DNA of 64,000 nucleotides, taken from assembly GCF_006345805.1 (NCBI RefSeq), contig NC_043007.1:42780001-42844000 (forward strand). Direction: 5' to 3'. The position numbers and the translations under genes were made by a program. Below are positions 39,220 through 51,104 of the stretch, piece after piece. The number at the start of each line of letters is the position of its first letter. Position 1 is the first letter of the stretch. Under the pieces are notes generated by a model, which searched no databases, had not been told where the DNA came from, and saw nothing but the letters and a program-made list of their open reading frames with translations. Source of the DNA: Octopus sinensis. Lineage: Eukaryota.

Positions 39220-40786
39220 ATATGTGTGTGTAGCAGTAGTAGCAGCAGTTTTAGGATAGCTGTTCCCCCAAATCCTATAACTCACAAGAAAGTATATGGG
39301 TGGAATACAAACATGTGAAAATTTGAAATTTAGAGACAAAAATATCGCGGAATCGTTAAAAAGAGAAACTACCCTTCCCTTTCATATGAGGTATGGGACT
39401 TCGAAGGACATCATTATCATTTAACATCCATGTTCCATGAAACATGGCTGGACAGTTTAACATGAGCCGATGGGCCCGAGGACCACATCGTATTCCAGTG
39501 TCTGCTTTAGTATAGTTTCTACAGCTGCATGCCTTTCCTAACACCAACTTCAAGTATGGGCTTAAAAAAAATTTTTTTTTTAGTCATCAATACTAGTAAG
39601 GTTGTCATGCAGCTTGCAAGACGGGGCAGTTTTACGCAAGGAAATGAGGGGTAAGTATAAGAGAAGGGGCTAAAGCAGAACAGGATACTTGTGGAAAAGG
39701 AGCTACATGACACATTTTAGAAAAGGTGAAGAGTAATCGAGTGAGGCGGAAAGAAAAATAAAACAGCGGTGAACAGAGGTATCTAGGTGGACCCTCAAGG
39801 TACGAAGTGGAAAGAAACGAGAGGGACAATGGGAGAAGGAGTGAGAGTGGGTGGAAGTTGCAAAAGAGTATGAGGAAAGTATTGAATTCACTTTCACAAA
39901 AGTAGTTTTCCTTTTCCCAGGAACTTTGCAACACTAATTCATTAGCATTCACTTTTGCAATATTCGTGAAACATGTTCTATAATTTATTTCATATATTCC
40001 AGATATTTTGATTTGCTGTAGATTACACACGTGAACTGGGTAGTGGTAGAGGGTTAATCAAATATTACCCTTACTATGGGCGAATAACATTGCCTTCATT
40101 CTTATTGCTATAAAAATATTTTCCTTTATTTAAAATTCTAGTAATTTTCATTTCCAAAGTCCCTAAACAGTGAAACATTATTTTGAAAAGTCATTGGTTT
40201 TCCTGTAAATCTGAGATTTGAGTTAAGATATGAAATTTTTACTGCCACCGAGTAATTCCTCTATTTTCAATTAATTTTATTTACAAATTGGTAATCTCAA
40301 ACAGATCCATTTTTGCTATAGGTTTCTTGGAGCGCTGTACTATTGTACAAATAATAAAAACAGAGTTTGTGAACAAAATTATAGGGAAATAAAGAGTGAA
40401 TTAATTTGCATTAGCACATGATCATTTACAAGAAATAGAGAAGATACAATTTTCTACAAAATGTGAAATGGAGGTGTTACTGTGGAGTTTTGGAATAGAG
40501 AGAAGACAAAACGGAGCCAGAAAAAAAAATATACATACATACATGTAGGTACATACGTACGTACATGCATACCTGTACCTACATACCTACATGTACATAC
40601 ATAGGTTCAGCAGAGAAAGGAGCCTGAAAAAGATGACATGGATGTAGAAGAGAAACAGGTGAAAAGAAGCTGGATGTGAGATGCAATCAGCTGATATGCG
40701 AAAGAGATTGTGCAATTTACTTTCAATGGTTACATTGCAAGAGAACGCAACTGAGCCGTATACATAGAAATCAAATACAATTTTAC

Positions 40787-40939
40787 CCATTCAGAAAGGT
40801 TCACCAAATAAGCAGCAAATGTCAAGAAAGGAGTAGAGTAGAGCATCCGGAATAAATGTATCTGCGGGTGTTCGATGATAAACTCACTGCCCTGTTTACC
40901 GTAATCCTTGTGGGTGAAGCGAACTTCATGCCTGAGCAT
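40787..40939 (-). CDS. PIGH: PIG-H first coding exon (MLRHEVRFTHKDYGKQGSEFIIEHPQIHLFRMLYSTPFLTFAAYLVNLSEW)
   Basis: ATG at 40939, TGG|GTAAAA donor, 153 nt. EF..P..AAY..L.E pattern shared with PIGH exon 1 (CREFCLSCPR..WLAAYGLFTLCE). Exact start codon uncertain. Confidence 0.8.
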
Positions 40940-41419
40940 TGTCACAAAGTGACAGATAACTGAGTTACTTCTTTCTGTAAAAACGGAATTCAGCAATAAA
41001 TACGAAAAGTGGGTGATTGCAGCAGAGTTCCGGTGATATTAGTGACGTAAAACAGAGTTGTTAAGGTTAATTAAGATTTTGTAGTCAAAGTCGTTCCTAT
41101 GGACGCCTCTACACCGACAGTCGATAGGCTGAGTAGCCATGTCATTTCTTGCTATACCGGAAATATCCGAACAAACCCGAAATATATTTATTTTCTTGAT
41201 GTTCAGAATTAACAATTTTTGTAAGAAATCACTAAAATAAAATATAATTAAATATTATATAACAAGTTTCAATAAAATTACCTAAATTCAAACAAAAGAG
41301 TAAAGAAAATGAAGCTACGAAAGCTATCAAAGTGACGTATGTACAGTTCCGCGCGAACTTGCGCTCCCGCCAAATTTAATGTTTTTCTGGTAAGTTTAGA
41401 TACGTTTCAAGTGTTGAGG
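40940..41419. promoter_or_regulatory. Putative bidirectional promoter between PIGH and PCLAF
   Basis: Divergent ATGs 481 bp apart in a locally CpG-enriched stretch. E2F-type TTTGGCGGGA (minus strand, 41365-41374), GTTCCGCGCGAAC (41346-41358), ETS-like CCGGAAAT (41157-41164) and TGACGT at 41043 and 41333. Confidence 0.75.
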
Positions 41420-41462
41420 ATGGTACGAACACGTGCTGATGGCTGTGCCTCTGTGAGAAAAG
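41420..41462 (+). CDS. PCLAF: PCNA clamp-associated factor (PAF15/KIAA0101) exon 1 (MVRTRADGCASVRK)
   Basis: Matches PAF15 MVRTKADSVPGTYRK; G|GTAGGC donor, phase 1. Confidence 0.92.
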
Positions 41463-43536
41463 GTAGGCAAATTGTTCAGATTCTACTTATAATTAAACTA
41501 AATATTATAGGAGCTCATCTGAAAACGTTCAAGATGCTTCCTCACAAAATATTTCTTTTCCGATGTAGCTTTTCATTCTATTACCACATGATGAATAATG
41601 ATCTCCAAATCATTGTCTTTGTAATTGATTCTGAAGAATTTCGTTGGCATTTATTCCTATTACAACATAATAGTAGATGAAATATATTTTGGTATTCGCA
41701 TTAACAAAAGGATGTTTCGTAATTCGAAACGAAGTCAGTGAAATGTGAATTATTAAGTCATTCGATACTTCGAAGCAGAAAAATTTAAACTTCGCAGCGT
41801 TCTATTTTCTGAATGCTCTAGAGACAGGCATAAACATCCCTATTTCTATCTAAATCTTTGGTAGTATATATAAAAATATTTGGAAATTATTATGAAATGA
41901 AGGCCATAAAGATAATCGAAATTCGGCCGAGGTGAAGAATACGTACACCACTGGTTTTCGGCGTAAAAAATTCCTAACCACCTGGTATACGTATTCTTTA
42001 CCTTCACCAGAAATTCTATGTAGTTATATGTTTGCAGTTCCGTCGATGTGAAACGTTCCTTTAAAGCGGTCAAAAAGAATCATATGTGATTTCCTTATTC
42101 GTAAGATGTTTCTCGGCTGTTTACGTATCACTAACATCACAAATTGTGGTTGAAGAAATCATAAACCTCGTTTAATTTCTCTTGTCAGAAGAAAAGGGCT
42201 ATACCCATGACCCTGTAGAGAATATCCTAGGGACGAAGATATTCCCAACCTGGATGCTTGTAATAGAAAGGTCTCTATCAAAGGCACCCAGGTTCGAACA
42301 AATATTGCAAGACTTGTTCGATGCTTTGACGTTTCCGCCTGTCTACTGTCCTTAACTGGTATTTTATTTATCGCACTCGTGAAAGCGAGATTCGAACTCA
42401 AAAGGCAAGTAACTAGAAAAAATATCACCAATCATTTCATCCGACGTTCTTACGAAAGTTAAAACTTTTCTGTCGGTTTTGTTACGCATGAGGAATCATT
42501 GGTTCACTTAACTCTGATATGAACGACAGTTTGCATTTTCCCTCCTTGAAAGACCCAGTTTTTGTGCTTGCAGTGAGTGAATAAGTAAGAAATGATTCGG
42601 ATTGTGATATACTGCAAAATAATTAAATAAAGCTTCGTGCTTAACTTAAAATATATCATCTACTACAGTTTAATGCACACTTTTCATAGTCAATGTCTAC
42701 ATATTCTAATAGAAACGAAAAGTCAGTTTTTACTTTGTAAGGATGAGGAAAAAATGAATTGGTGTTATTCTAAGAATATAGTACAAGCACATTCTTGTGC
42801 TCGGCTAATAATGATTTCTTGGTACAGTCTGTTGTAGATGGTGAATGCAATGATTACTTCAAAACTTAGGTGTATACTTGATTTATCTGGAACTGCAGCT
42901 TTTGAAATTTCTCAATTGCTTTTTGAGAGTCTTATGAAAGGAAACGTTTTAGGTGAAAAGTGCATATTCTCGGTTTTGTGTTAATCTTTGATATTTGGTG
43001 GTTGGTTGACAAGAAACGTCTGAAATAGCAGCTTATTGTTGAAGTTACCATTGTGTGAAGTGTGACCTTTGTCAATTACTTGGACATTTTACTGGGTTTT
43101 TTTTTTTTAGTGCAAATGTTTGCTAGTTTTCTGTTTTTCTATTTGTTTTTAATTGTTTACTCGGTTTTATTTCGGTTATGTATGGTTGTGGGATATTGCA
43201 TTTGTTCTGGGCTTCTATTTTCCCCCCTCTTAACTGGATACTCGTTTGAAATGTGTCAATAATTATGATGAATGCATATATTGCCTTGTTTATGTTGATG
43301 AATGGGGTGTTGTTGAATTCTGGAAATACTGGGGTTTTTTCTATGTTAGATTTATAAAAGCAATTTTGCTTTGGTCATGAAGGTATTGCGTTGACAATTG
43401 GTATGTGGGCTGAGGGATCTGTGGGTATTATTTGCCGAACGGTTGTGTGTAGAGGAGGCGTTAGTTAATATCAGGCGTAGGGTTGTATTTGGATTGGTAA
43501 AGTGTATGTTGATGTGAATTGGGTGCTAATGCAGTT

Positions 43537-44246
43537 TCGCACCTCTCCTTGAAAAATGCATTCTTACCCCCCCCCCATTAAAATTTTTGATTTGACGAAC
43601 ATATGCAAGTCGAAATTAGAGACAAACACATTGAAGTGAAAATAATTTGCGTTCTACTTATATAATCGTAAATAATTATATAATATAAATTAAATATACA
43701 CCACATCCCCATGTGAGCCATTTTATGAGAAACAAACATTAATATTTAATAAGTAATGTTATAAAGTTTAATAAGGGGCTCAAATTTCACCCCTCCACCA
43801 ATTTTAAATTTTGAACTTTTTCGTCCATTTATTTATTTATTTGTCTGTCTATTTATCCCTATCCGTTTATTCATAAAAATATATTTGTCAACTAAATGTG
43901 GCGGTCCTATAAGAAGACGGTGTTACTGTTGTTCTTAGCCCCTGGAAGGCATTCATATCTCACTCTCTCCCCACCTATCTATATGCTTATTGAATATAAG
44001 TTTCAAGACGTGGTTTCTTGCATATCCTGAATCTCCGTCATCTAAAACATGGGGGGGGGGGGTCGAAAAAGTTCAAGATTTTAAACGGGAGTGGGGAGTG
44101 GTGGTGGTTATGTGTGGGTGGGGGTGTTATTTTGATTTTATTTTATTTGTATTTTTTTATTTGCATATTCGTAATCTCCGACATCTAAAGCGTAGGAATC
44201 TGAAAAAAGGTTTTCCAAAAAATGCATTTTTCAAAGAGAGGTGCGA
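43537..44246. mobile_element. MITE-like element with 26-bp inverted repeats
   Basis: TCGCACCTCTCCTTGAAAAATGCATT (43537-43562) versus AATGCATTTTTCAAAGAGAGGTGCGA (44221-44246), 1 mismatch. True termini and TSD not resolved. Confidence 0.6.
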
Positions 44247-44769
44247 TTTTAGGTCTTAGCAATGAAGACAAGTGTTCTTGTTAGAATTTATTACTGTGAT
44301 AGGTCAGTGGTGATGATGTGTATATACGTATATTTAGCTGATGATAGAGATTTCATTTCTTCGGGCCCCAATCATCATGATGGTGAATACTTTTGACAGT
44401 GATGTTAGGGTGTTCTACACCCCCTACATTGTTAAGCTATCTTGTTTCCCAAGTTTTTGCATTTTTCTCTTCGTATACTTTCCATTGTAGTAACTGGAGA
44501 CTTTTCTTTTATACTTTTACATGTTTGTCATTTGACTGCGGCAATGCTGGAGCACCATCTTGAAGGGTTTTAGTCAAATGAATCGACCTCAGGACATTTT
44601 TTAAAGCCTAATACTTATGTCGGGATCTTTTGCCGAACCGCTAAGTTACAGGGAGATAAACGCACCAACACTGATTGTCAAGCGGTGATTGGGCACAAAC
44701 ACAGGTACATTATATATCGCTTTGTGCGCTGTGTGTCAGGCTATATGCACTATTCCACAACACTCCACC

Positions 44770-47165
44770 TGTATCTAACGAAGAAGACTGCTTCACCGAC
44801 CTGGACCGCCGACCATCCCACTGGATGCCAGCTCCTGGCTAGTTCCAAGCAGTCGATCATTTTGCGGGCATCAGCCAACATGTTGGGGACCGGTTTAACT
44901 TTCGCAGGCTTCCCCGACATCTGAACATCTCCTCAGCCGAACTCTCTGCTCTTCGATGTCTCTGATGCCGCAAAGACTTTATCATAAAACCGGCCGACAA
45001 TGGTGGAGCAGTGGTGGTGTGACGCGCAGACCTCTACAAGGCTGAAGCTCTCCACCAACTTCAAGACACCTTCTTCTTTTGTCTTCTCCCCTCCAACCCC
45101 ATGCCTAGTTTCCAACAGACTGTGTCCTCCACTATCCATGATCTCATCTCCTCCCGTCTCCCTCCCACCACCTCCAGCCTCATTGTCCGCACTCCTCGCA
45201 CCCCCACCATTTACTTCCCAAAATCCACAAGCCCAACAACGCTGACCGCCCCACCGCCTCCGCCTGTAACTGCCTCATTTCGAACTGATCTCGAAATACC
45301 TCGACCGTGTCCTTGCCCCCCTAGTAGCTTCCTTCCCTTCACAGATCCACGAAACTAACCATGCTCTTCGTCTTTTCAACATTTTCTCCTTCCCTCCTGG
45401 CCCCTCTAAACTTCTCTCACTCTTGATTTCAAGAGTCTATATACGGTGATCCCACACAACGGACTTCTTGCTCTCAAACACTTCCTAGACCTTTGACCCA
45501 ACCCCCAACCTGACACGTCCACACTTCTTCGTCTGGCCGAACTTGTTCTCTTGCTCAACTGCTTCTTGTTCACGAGGGAGTTTTACCAACAGGTCTCAGG
45601 AGTAACCATGGGAACGAGAATGGGCCCCAACTATGTGAACTATTGTTGGCTACATTGAGGCCCAAATATTTTCAAGGTTCACTGGTCTCACTCTCAAACT
45701 ATATGGTCTTTATATCATTGACTGTATCAGTGCGACCTTGCTCCCCCACGAACAACTAGATTCCTTTCCCTTGAATTCTCCTGCACCATTTCCAACACTT
45801 CCATTGCCATGACATTTCAGTCAACATACACAATTCCGCTCTCACTACCTCCATCCACTACAAACACACCGACTCACACTCATACCTCAACTTCTCCTCC
45901 CACCCTACCCACACCAAGCTTTCCATCTCCTACTCCCAATTCCTCCATCTGCGTAGGTTCTGCAGTGACAACCATGACTTTGAGACTCAGTCTCAGCTCA
46001 TGGCTTGCCACTTTATCCTTCGTGGATATCCCCTCACCACTATCCACACCACCAGAGCACATTCTGTGGACTGTGCCTCTGCTCTCTCCTCACACCCACC
46101 CCGCCATTGCCCATCTCCTGTTTCCCCTCACCGCCCCTCCAGCGCATCATTCTCCAAGCCCCCCAGTGACTCCAGTTCAACCCCTCCACTTTGCATGTCT
46201 TCCCCAACCTACCCCTTCCCTCCTTCAAATGAGCCCACCACCTACATGACCTCCTGGTCCGCAGTTTCTTCCCTAACCCCACCTCCCAACCTGGCTTGTT
46301 CTGCTCCCGCCCGTGCTGCTGCACTTGCAACTGTCTCTTCACTACCATCTTCACAGGTACCCATCGTCGTCCCTATCATGTCACTGACTCCTTTACCTAC
46401 ACTTCTAGCAACATCATTTACTGCATCACCTGCTCTTTCTGTCCTCTGTACATGGGTCAAACAGGATGCTACTTGGCTGACTGGTTCACAGAGCACCTCT
46501 GAGACATTAGGCTTGGCAATGATACCCCAGTCTGGCGCCATTTCCACTCTACCGGTCATTCATTATAACACCTGTCTATTCTGACTGTCTTTGCACAGGA
46601 GCCATCTGACTCCCGCCTTCGCCATGAACAGCAGTTAATCTTCTCTCCTTTGTGCCACAAGGGCTCAACTCCCTTCCTCTTTTTACTCCTACCCACCTCT
46701 CATCTCCTACCCCAACATCTTTCTTCACTCCTACCCACCTTCTCCCTTTATTGATAGCCCCTCCATCAAACCCCATACATTCCATGCCAACATAGCCCAC
46801 ATCATCACCCAGATTCACATCCCAACCCACACCACTCTGCATACACTAGCACTGACTACTTCCCAGCACCCACACATTAGACACGCATTTACGCATGCAT
46901 CGGCATGTCAGTCACCAGCCCCTATCCACATGCACACTACTCTTGCATGCACATGCACCTCTGATTTGGGATCACCAGTACTTTATCTCCCCTTCTCCCT
47001 AGCTCTCCTGTCTAACTACCTTTGTCCAACCAGTCACCATGATTGACTGCTAACTCCACAATTTTTTTTCTTTCTGTTTATTTCCTTGTTTTCCTTTTTA
47101 TTGAAGAGTGTAGGCTCGAAACGTAAAAGATTTTCACTTTCTTGAGTGTCAAACTAATACACCTG
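44770..47165 (+). mobile_element. Degenerate Penelope-like element (RT plus GIY-YIG endonuclease)
   Basis: IIKPADNGGAVVV near 44985, DFKSLYTVIPH, QVSGVTMGTRMGPNY, and GIY-YIG-type SSNIIYCITCSFCPLYMGQTG (ORF 46296-46502). The 3' end carries TTGAAGAGTGTAGGCTCGAAACGTA. Confidence 0.85.
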
Positions 47166-47206
47166 CATGTCGTTTATACACCTGTCTTTTGTTTTTTGGT
47201 AAATTT

Positions 47207-47243
<37 letters not shown>

Positions 47244-47244
47244 A

Positions 47245-47446
47245 CAAAACAATAACAAGACCTCGCTTGTTTCCGTGACAACTCGACAATTTGCTTCGGA
47301 TATCTTCGTGATGTGTGTGTGTGTTCTGACACACAAAAAACAAGCACATACAGACACACTTTAGTAGCTGTCACAGAGGTCACAAAGATATCCGAAGTGA
47401 ATTGTCGAGTTGTCACGGAAACAAGCGAGGTCTTGTTATTGTTTTG
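47245..47446. repeat. Long inverted repeat / foldback MITE, 67-bp arms
   Basis: 47245-47311 is the reverse complement of 47380-47446 with 3 mismatches; 68-bp spacer; flanked by (TA)n. Confidence 0.93.
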
Positions 47447-47463
47447 TTGAGTCAAACCAAAGG

Positions 47464-47508
<45 letters not shown>

Positions 47509-47509
47509 A

Positions 47510-47660
47510 CAGGCTTCTTTCAATTTCCATCTACCAAATCCACTCACAAAGCTTTGGTTGACCTAAGGCTATAGAAGACACTTGCCCAAGTTTCCACACA
47601 GTGAGGCTGAACATGGAGCCGTGTGGTTGAGAAGCAAGCTTCTTTCCATGCAGCCATGCC
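47510..47660 (-). mobile_element. SINE family B (CCTTGGGCAAGTGTCTT core), one of many copies
   Basis: Same sequence recurs at about 4190-4360, 15120-15250, 17470-17570, 26160-26290, 55069-55185 and 60900-61020. Confidence 0.7.
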
Positions 47661-48346
47661 ACCACTGAGCAATCCATTTGATTTGGATAGCATTACCAGT
47701 ACAACAGCTGTTTTTCAAAAGCAGGATGCTTTGTTTCAGTGAACTTTTTCTAAATGCTCTAGCACCTGTAACTGAAGGCCAGATGAAATAACACAAAAAC
47801 ACCTGCTGTATATTTGAACTTCCACTCTATGAGTTGTTTGTCCAGTACCATATCCATTCTTCTGTGTGGGCAATTGTCATTTATCTGCAAATCCTAAATG
47901 TTTTCGTTCAATGCAATCTAATCATATTTTTAACAACTATCAAAGTAATTCCTGAGATTTCGATGAAGGATCTCTTGGCTTGCCTTGGAATTTTTTAAAA
48001 TTAAAGATTTCTTATGTTTCTTAACCCATGTGTCTCTGTGTCTTATGCTCTTGGAATTCACTTTTGGTGCAAAGAAGTTTCCTTGCTGTTCACATACAGG
48101 ATTGATAAAAGCTATGATTTTGAAATAAAAACAAGATATCTAATTCCTATCTAGTCCCAGATTTGTAGTGGATGGCAGAAAAGTCAATAAAAAATTTATG
48201 CTTTAATCTTGAAGAGATGACATTTGTGAAGAAATAAATATATACAAAGAAGCTTTAGTTTAAAATTATTGGTTACCTAAAGGGAAAGGTGCCATCCTAT
48301 ATGTTAATTTTTCATCCCTGATTCTACCTATTTTCCATTTATTCAG

Positions 48347-48421
48347 CTGTGGCTGCTCGGGCACCCCGCAAAAGTCTTGGTCCTTGCACCAGCTCAGAAC
48401 CCTCATCTCCAAGTACATCAA
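48347..48421 (+). CDS. PCLAF: PAF15 exon 2 (AVAARAPRKSLGPCTSSEPSSPSTS)
   Basis: TTTTCCATTTATTCAG acceptor, GTAAGT donor, 75 nt; VAARAPRK is identical to PAF15. Confidence 0.95.
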
Positions 48422-49679
48422 GTAAGTTCAATTTTTCCTTTATTAACCCAACTCTGCTGCAATAGTGGACAGTATTTTAAGTATTTTTCACTTTTGCTTT
48501 TATATTTTTGTTGTTGTTTTATTATTAAGGTGGTGAACTGGCAGGACTGTTAGCACACAGGGTGAAACACTTAGTGGCATTTGGTTCGTCTTTACAGTCT
48601 GAGTTTAATTTCTGCTGGGGTCAACTTTGCCTTTCATCCTTTCGGAGTCACCCGTGCTGGTGGCATGTAAAAAGCACCATCCAAATGTGGCCGATGCCAG
48701 TGCCGCCTGGCTGGCATCCGTGTCTGTGACACATAAAAAGCACCAACTGATCGTGGCCGTTTGCCAGCCTCCTCTGGCCGCTGTGCCGGTGGCACGTAAA
48801 AAGCACCCACTACACTCACGGAGTGGTTGACGTTAGGAAGGGCATCTGGCTGTAGAAATGCTGCCAGATCAGATTGGAGCCTGGCTTCCCAGACCCTGGT
48901 TGAACCGTCCAACCCATGCTAGCATGGAAAATGGATGTTAAACAATGATGATGAAGCATTGGGGTCGATGTAATTGACTAGTCCCCTCCTCCAAAATTTT
49001 AGGCTTTGTGCCTATAGTAGAAAGGGTTATTATTATTAAAAGTGGCAAACTAGTAGAATCATTATCTGTTGGGCAAAATACTTAGCAGCATTTCTTCTGA
49101 CTCTTTATGTTCTGAGTTCAAATTCTGCCATCTTTTACTTTTCATCCTTTCAAGGGTCAATAAAAGAAGTTCCATTTGAGCACTGGATTTTGTGTAACCA
49201 ATTTTCCTTTCCCTCTCAAAGTTGCTGGTCTTGTGCCAAAATTTAAAAAAATTATTATTGCTCTTTATGTTCTGAGTTCAAATCTCACTATGGTCAACTT
49301 TTTCATTCCTCCAAAGTCTATAAAGTAAATACTAGCGAAATACTGAAGTTGGTGGTACTATTAACTCCTTTGCTCAAAATTGCTGGTCTTGTGCCTAATC
49401 AGAAATATTGTTTCTGCAAATTTTGCAATTGCATAATCAAGTATGATATTAACTGGCTAGTGGAGTGCCTTATGCATAACTATTTTTTTACTAGTAAACA
49501 TGGGTATGTTTTTATTTAGCTCCGGTCAAAAGCATTCCTGTTGTGCTCTTGATATCTAGGGTTATCTAGGATTACACTACACAACCCATTTTGGTGTGAT
49601 TACCTTACAAACTGATTTGTCAAATTTTGTCTGTTGTTGGATAAAAACTGACGAGACGTATAAATTTTCTTTCATGCAG

Positions 49680-49836
49680 ACAAATATTCAGGAGGTAACC
49701 CTGTCTGTTCACGGCCAACTCCAGATTGGCAGAAGAATATTACAAATTTTTTCAAGTCTAATGGCAGCAACAACAACAAAAGTAGTGAAAGCAGCACTAT
49801 TCAGAAAATTGGAGATCAAACAACTTCAGAGGAGAG
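49680..49836 (+). CDS. PCLAF: PAF15 exon 3 with PIP box (NKYSGGNPVCSRPTPDWQKNITNFFKS..TSEE)
   Basis: TTTCTTTCATGCAG acceptor, GTGAGT donor, 157 nt; matches NKYAGGNPVCVRPTPKWQKGIGEFF. Confidence 0.96.
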
Positions 49837-51091
49837 GTGAGTATTTATTTTCAACTGATTTGTGTAAAGGCTGCTACTACATAGAACAGTTTTCTCTAAA
49901 CCCGTTTTATATTTCATGCACTTTTATTTCAATATCTTATAATTTCAAACAATCTTCTTGTTATGAACTAACTGCTTGAAATTTTAGTTATACTTCTTTA
50001 TTTAAAAAAGGGAACAGGGAGTTCCAACATTTACATAGTACCAATAAGCCCAATCTTATCCATATGTTTTCAAATTGTACATGCAGTATACATCTGGCAC
50101 TGAATGTTAACATTACAATTACACTTCGCACATGTCAAGGTCACTATCTGCTAGAAATACCAACTAAATCTCCTTTAAATAATTCCCTCTCATTACAAAA
50201 AAGTGTACTGCAGGAGTTGTGATACAAAATAAATATCTACATATAATTATTCTAACTGAAAATAATGTCCTGATCAAATTTAGTAGTTTTTTCTTATATG
50301 TCAACAAAGCCTTGATGTTCATAAAAACATATAATCTCCCATTCAGTGAGGGAGTAGATGTTAGGTATTTGAGCTGTAATAGAATATCAGTCTGTTGTGA
50401 TAAGTATTTTCAAATTTGATTGCTATTTTTGAACACTTAAGTTTTTTTGTTCAGAAACTCAGAGAACCTAATATGGTATTTGAACTACTAGTAAACTTTG
50501 AGCTTCTCTAATATCACTTAATGCCCCCTTTCCATGCTGACACAGATTGTATGATTTGACAAGATCCAACAAATCAGAGCATTACATCTTGCTTCAATGT
50601 CTATTTTGGCATGGTTTCTATGGTTGGATGCACATCCCTTGACATAACTCAACCAGGGTGCTTTTTTTTTTTCTTTCTTTTTTGTAGCATCAATGCTAAT
50701 AGTGTTGCTTTCCAACTTGCAAAGCTAAGGGCCTTAAGTGGCTCCTATAACTGAAGAATAGAAAAGAGGGTGAAGTAGAATTAGAGGAACAGGTTTCTTG
50801 TAAGAGGGTGGTAGTAGGGAGTCTCATAATAGAGGAGACACTATTGAGTTGGTAGGAGAGGGAAATATAGCAGGAAGAGGAATAGGATTGATGTTAGGTA
50901 TGTGATAAAGGGAGGAGTGGGGTAGAAAGGTGTAAGGCGGGTTGTATAAGGCTATCTTAAGGGCAAGTGTACATGGAAGGTGTGAGAAGAAATGGGGATA
51001 TAGAAGGTGGGAATAGATGAGGGTGGAATGGGTTATTGAAGAAAAGATTTTGTATATCATATGACTAATAATCTCTTCTTTTTTTTTTCAG

Positions 51092-51104
51092 TTCATCAAA
51101 TTAA
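51092..51104 (+). CDS. PCLAF: Probable PAF15 last coding exon (SSSN*)
   Basis: Very strong CTCTTCTTTTTTTTTTCAG acceptor, phase 2 gives AG|T TCA TCA AAT TAA, and AATAAA follows at about 51206 and 51290. Too short for homology support. Confidence 0.55.

Noticed and set aside
41339-41680. 113-aa single-exon ORF, and the 127-aa ORF at 49596-49979
   Set aside because: The first is read-through around the 43-nt PAF15 exon 1. The second overlaps PAF15 exon 3 in a different frame and has no homology.
41700-41930. Clustered TTCGAA/GAA motifs suggesting heat-shock elements
   Set aside because: Spacing does not fit the nGAAnnTTCn pentamer array.
45809-46584. Long Pro/Ser/Thr-rich ORFs
   Set aside because: Alternative frames of the degenerate, C-rich Penelope-like element.
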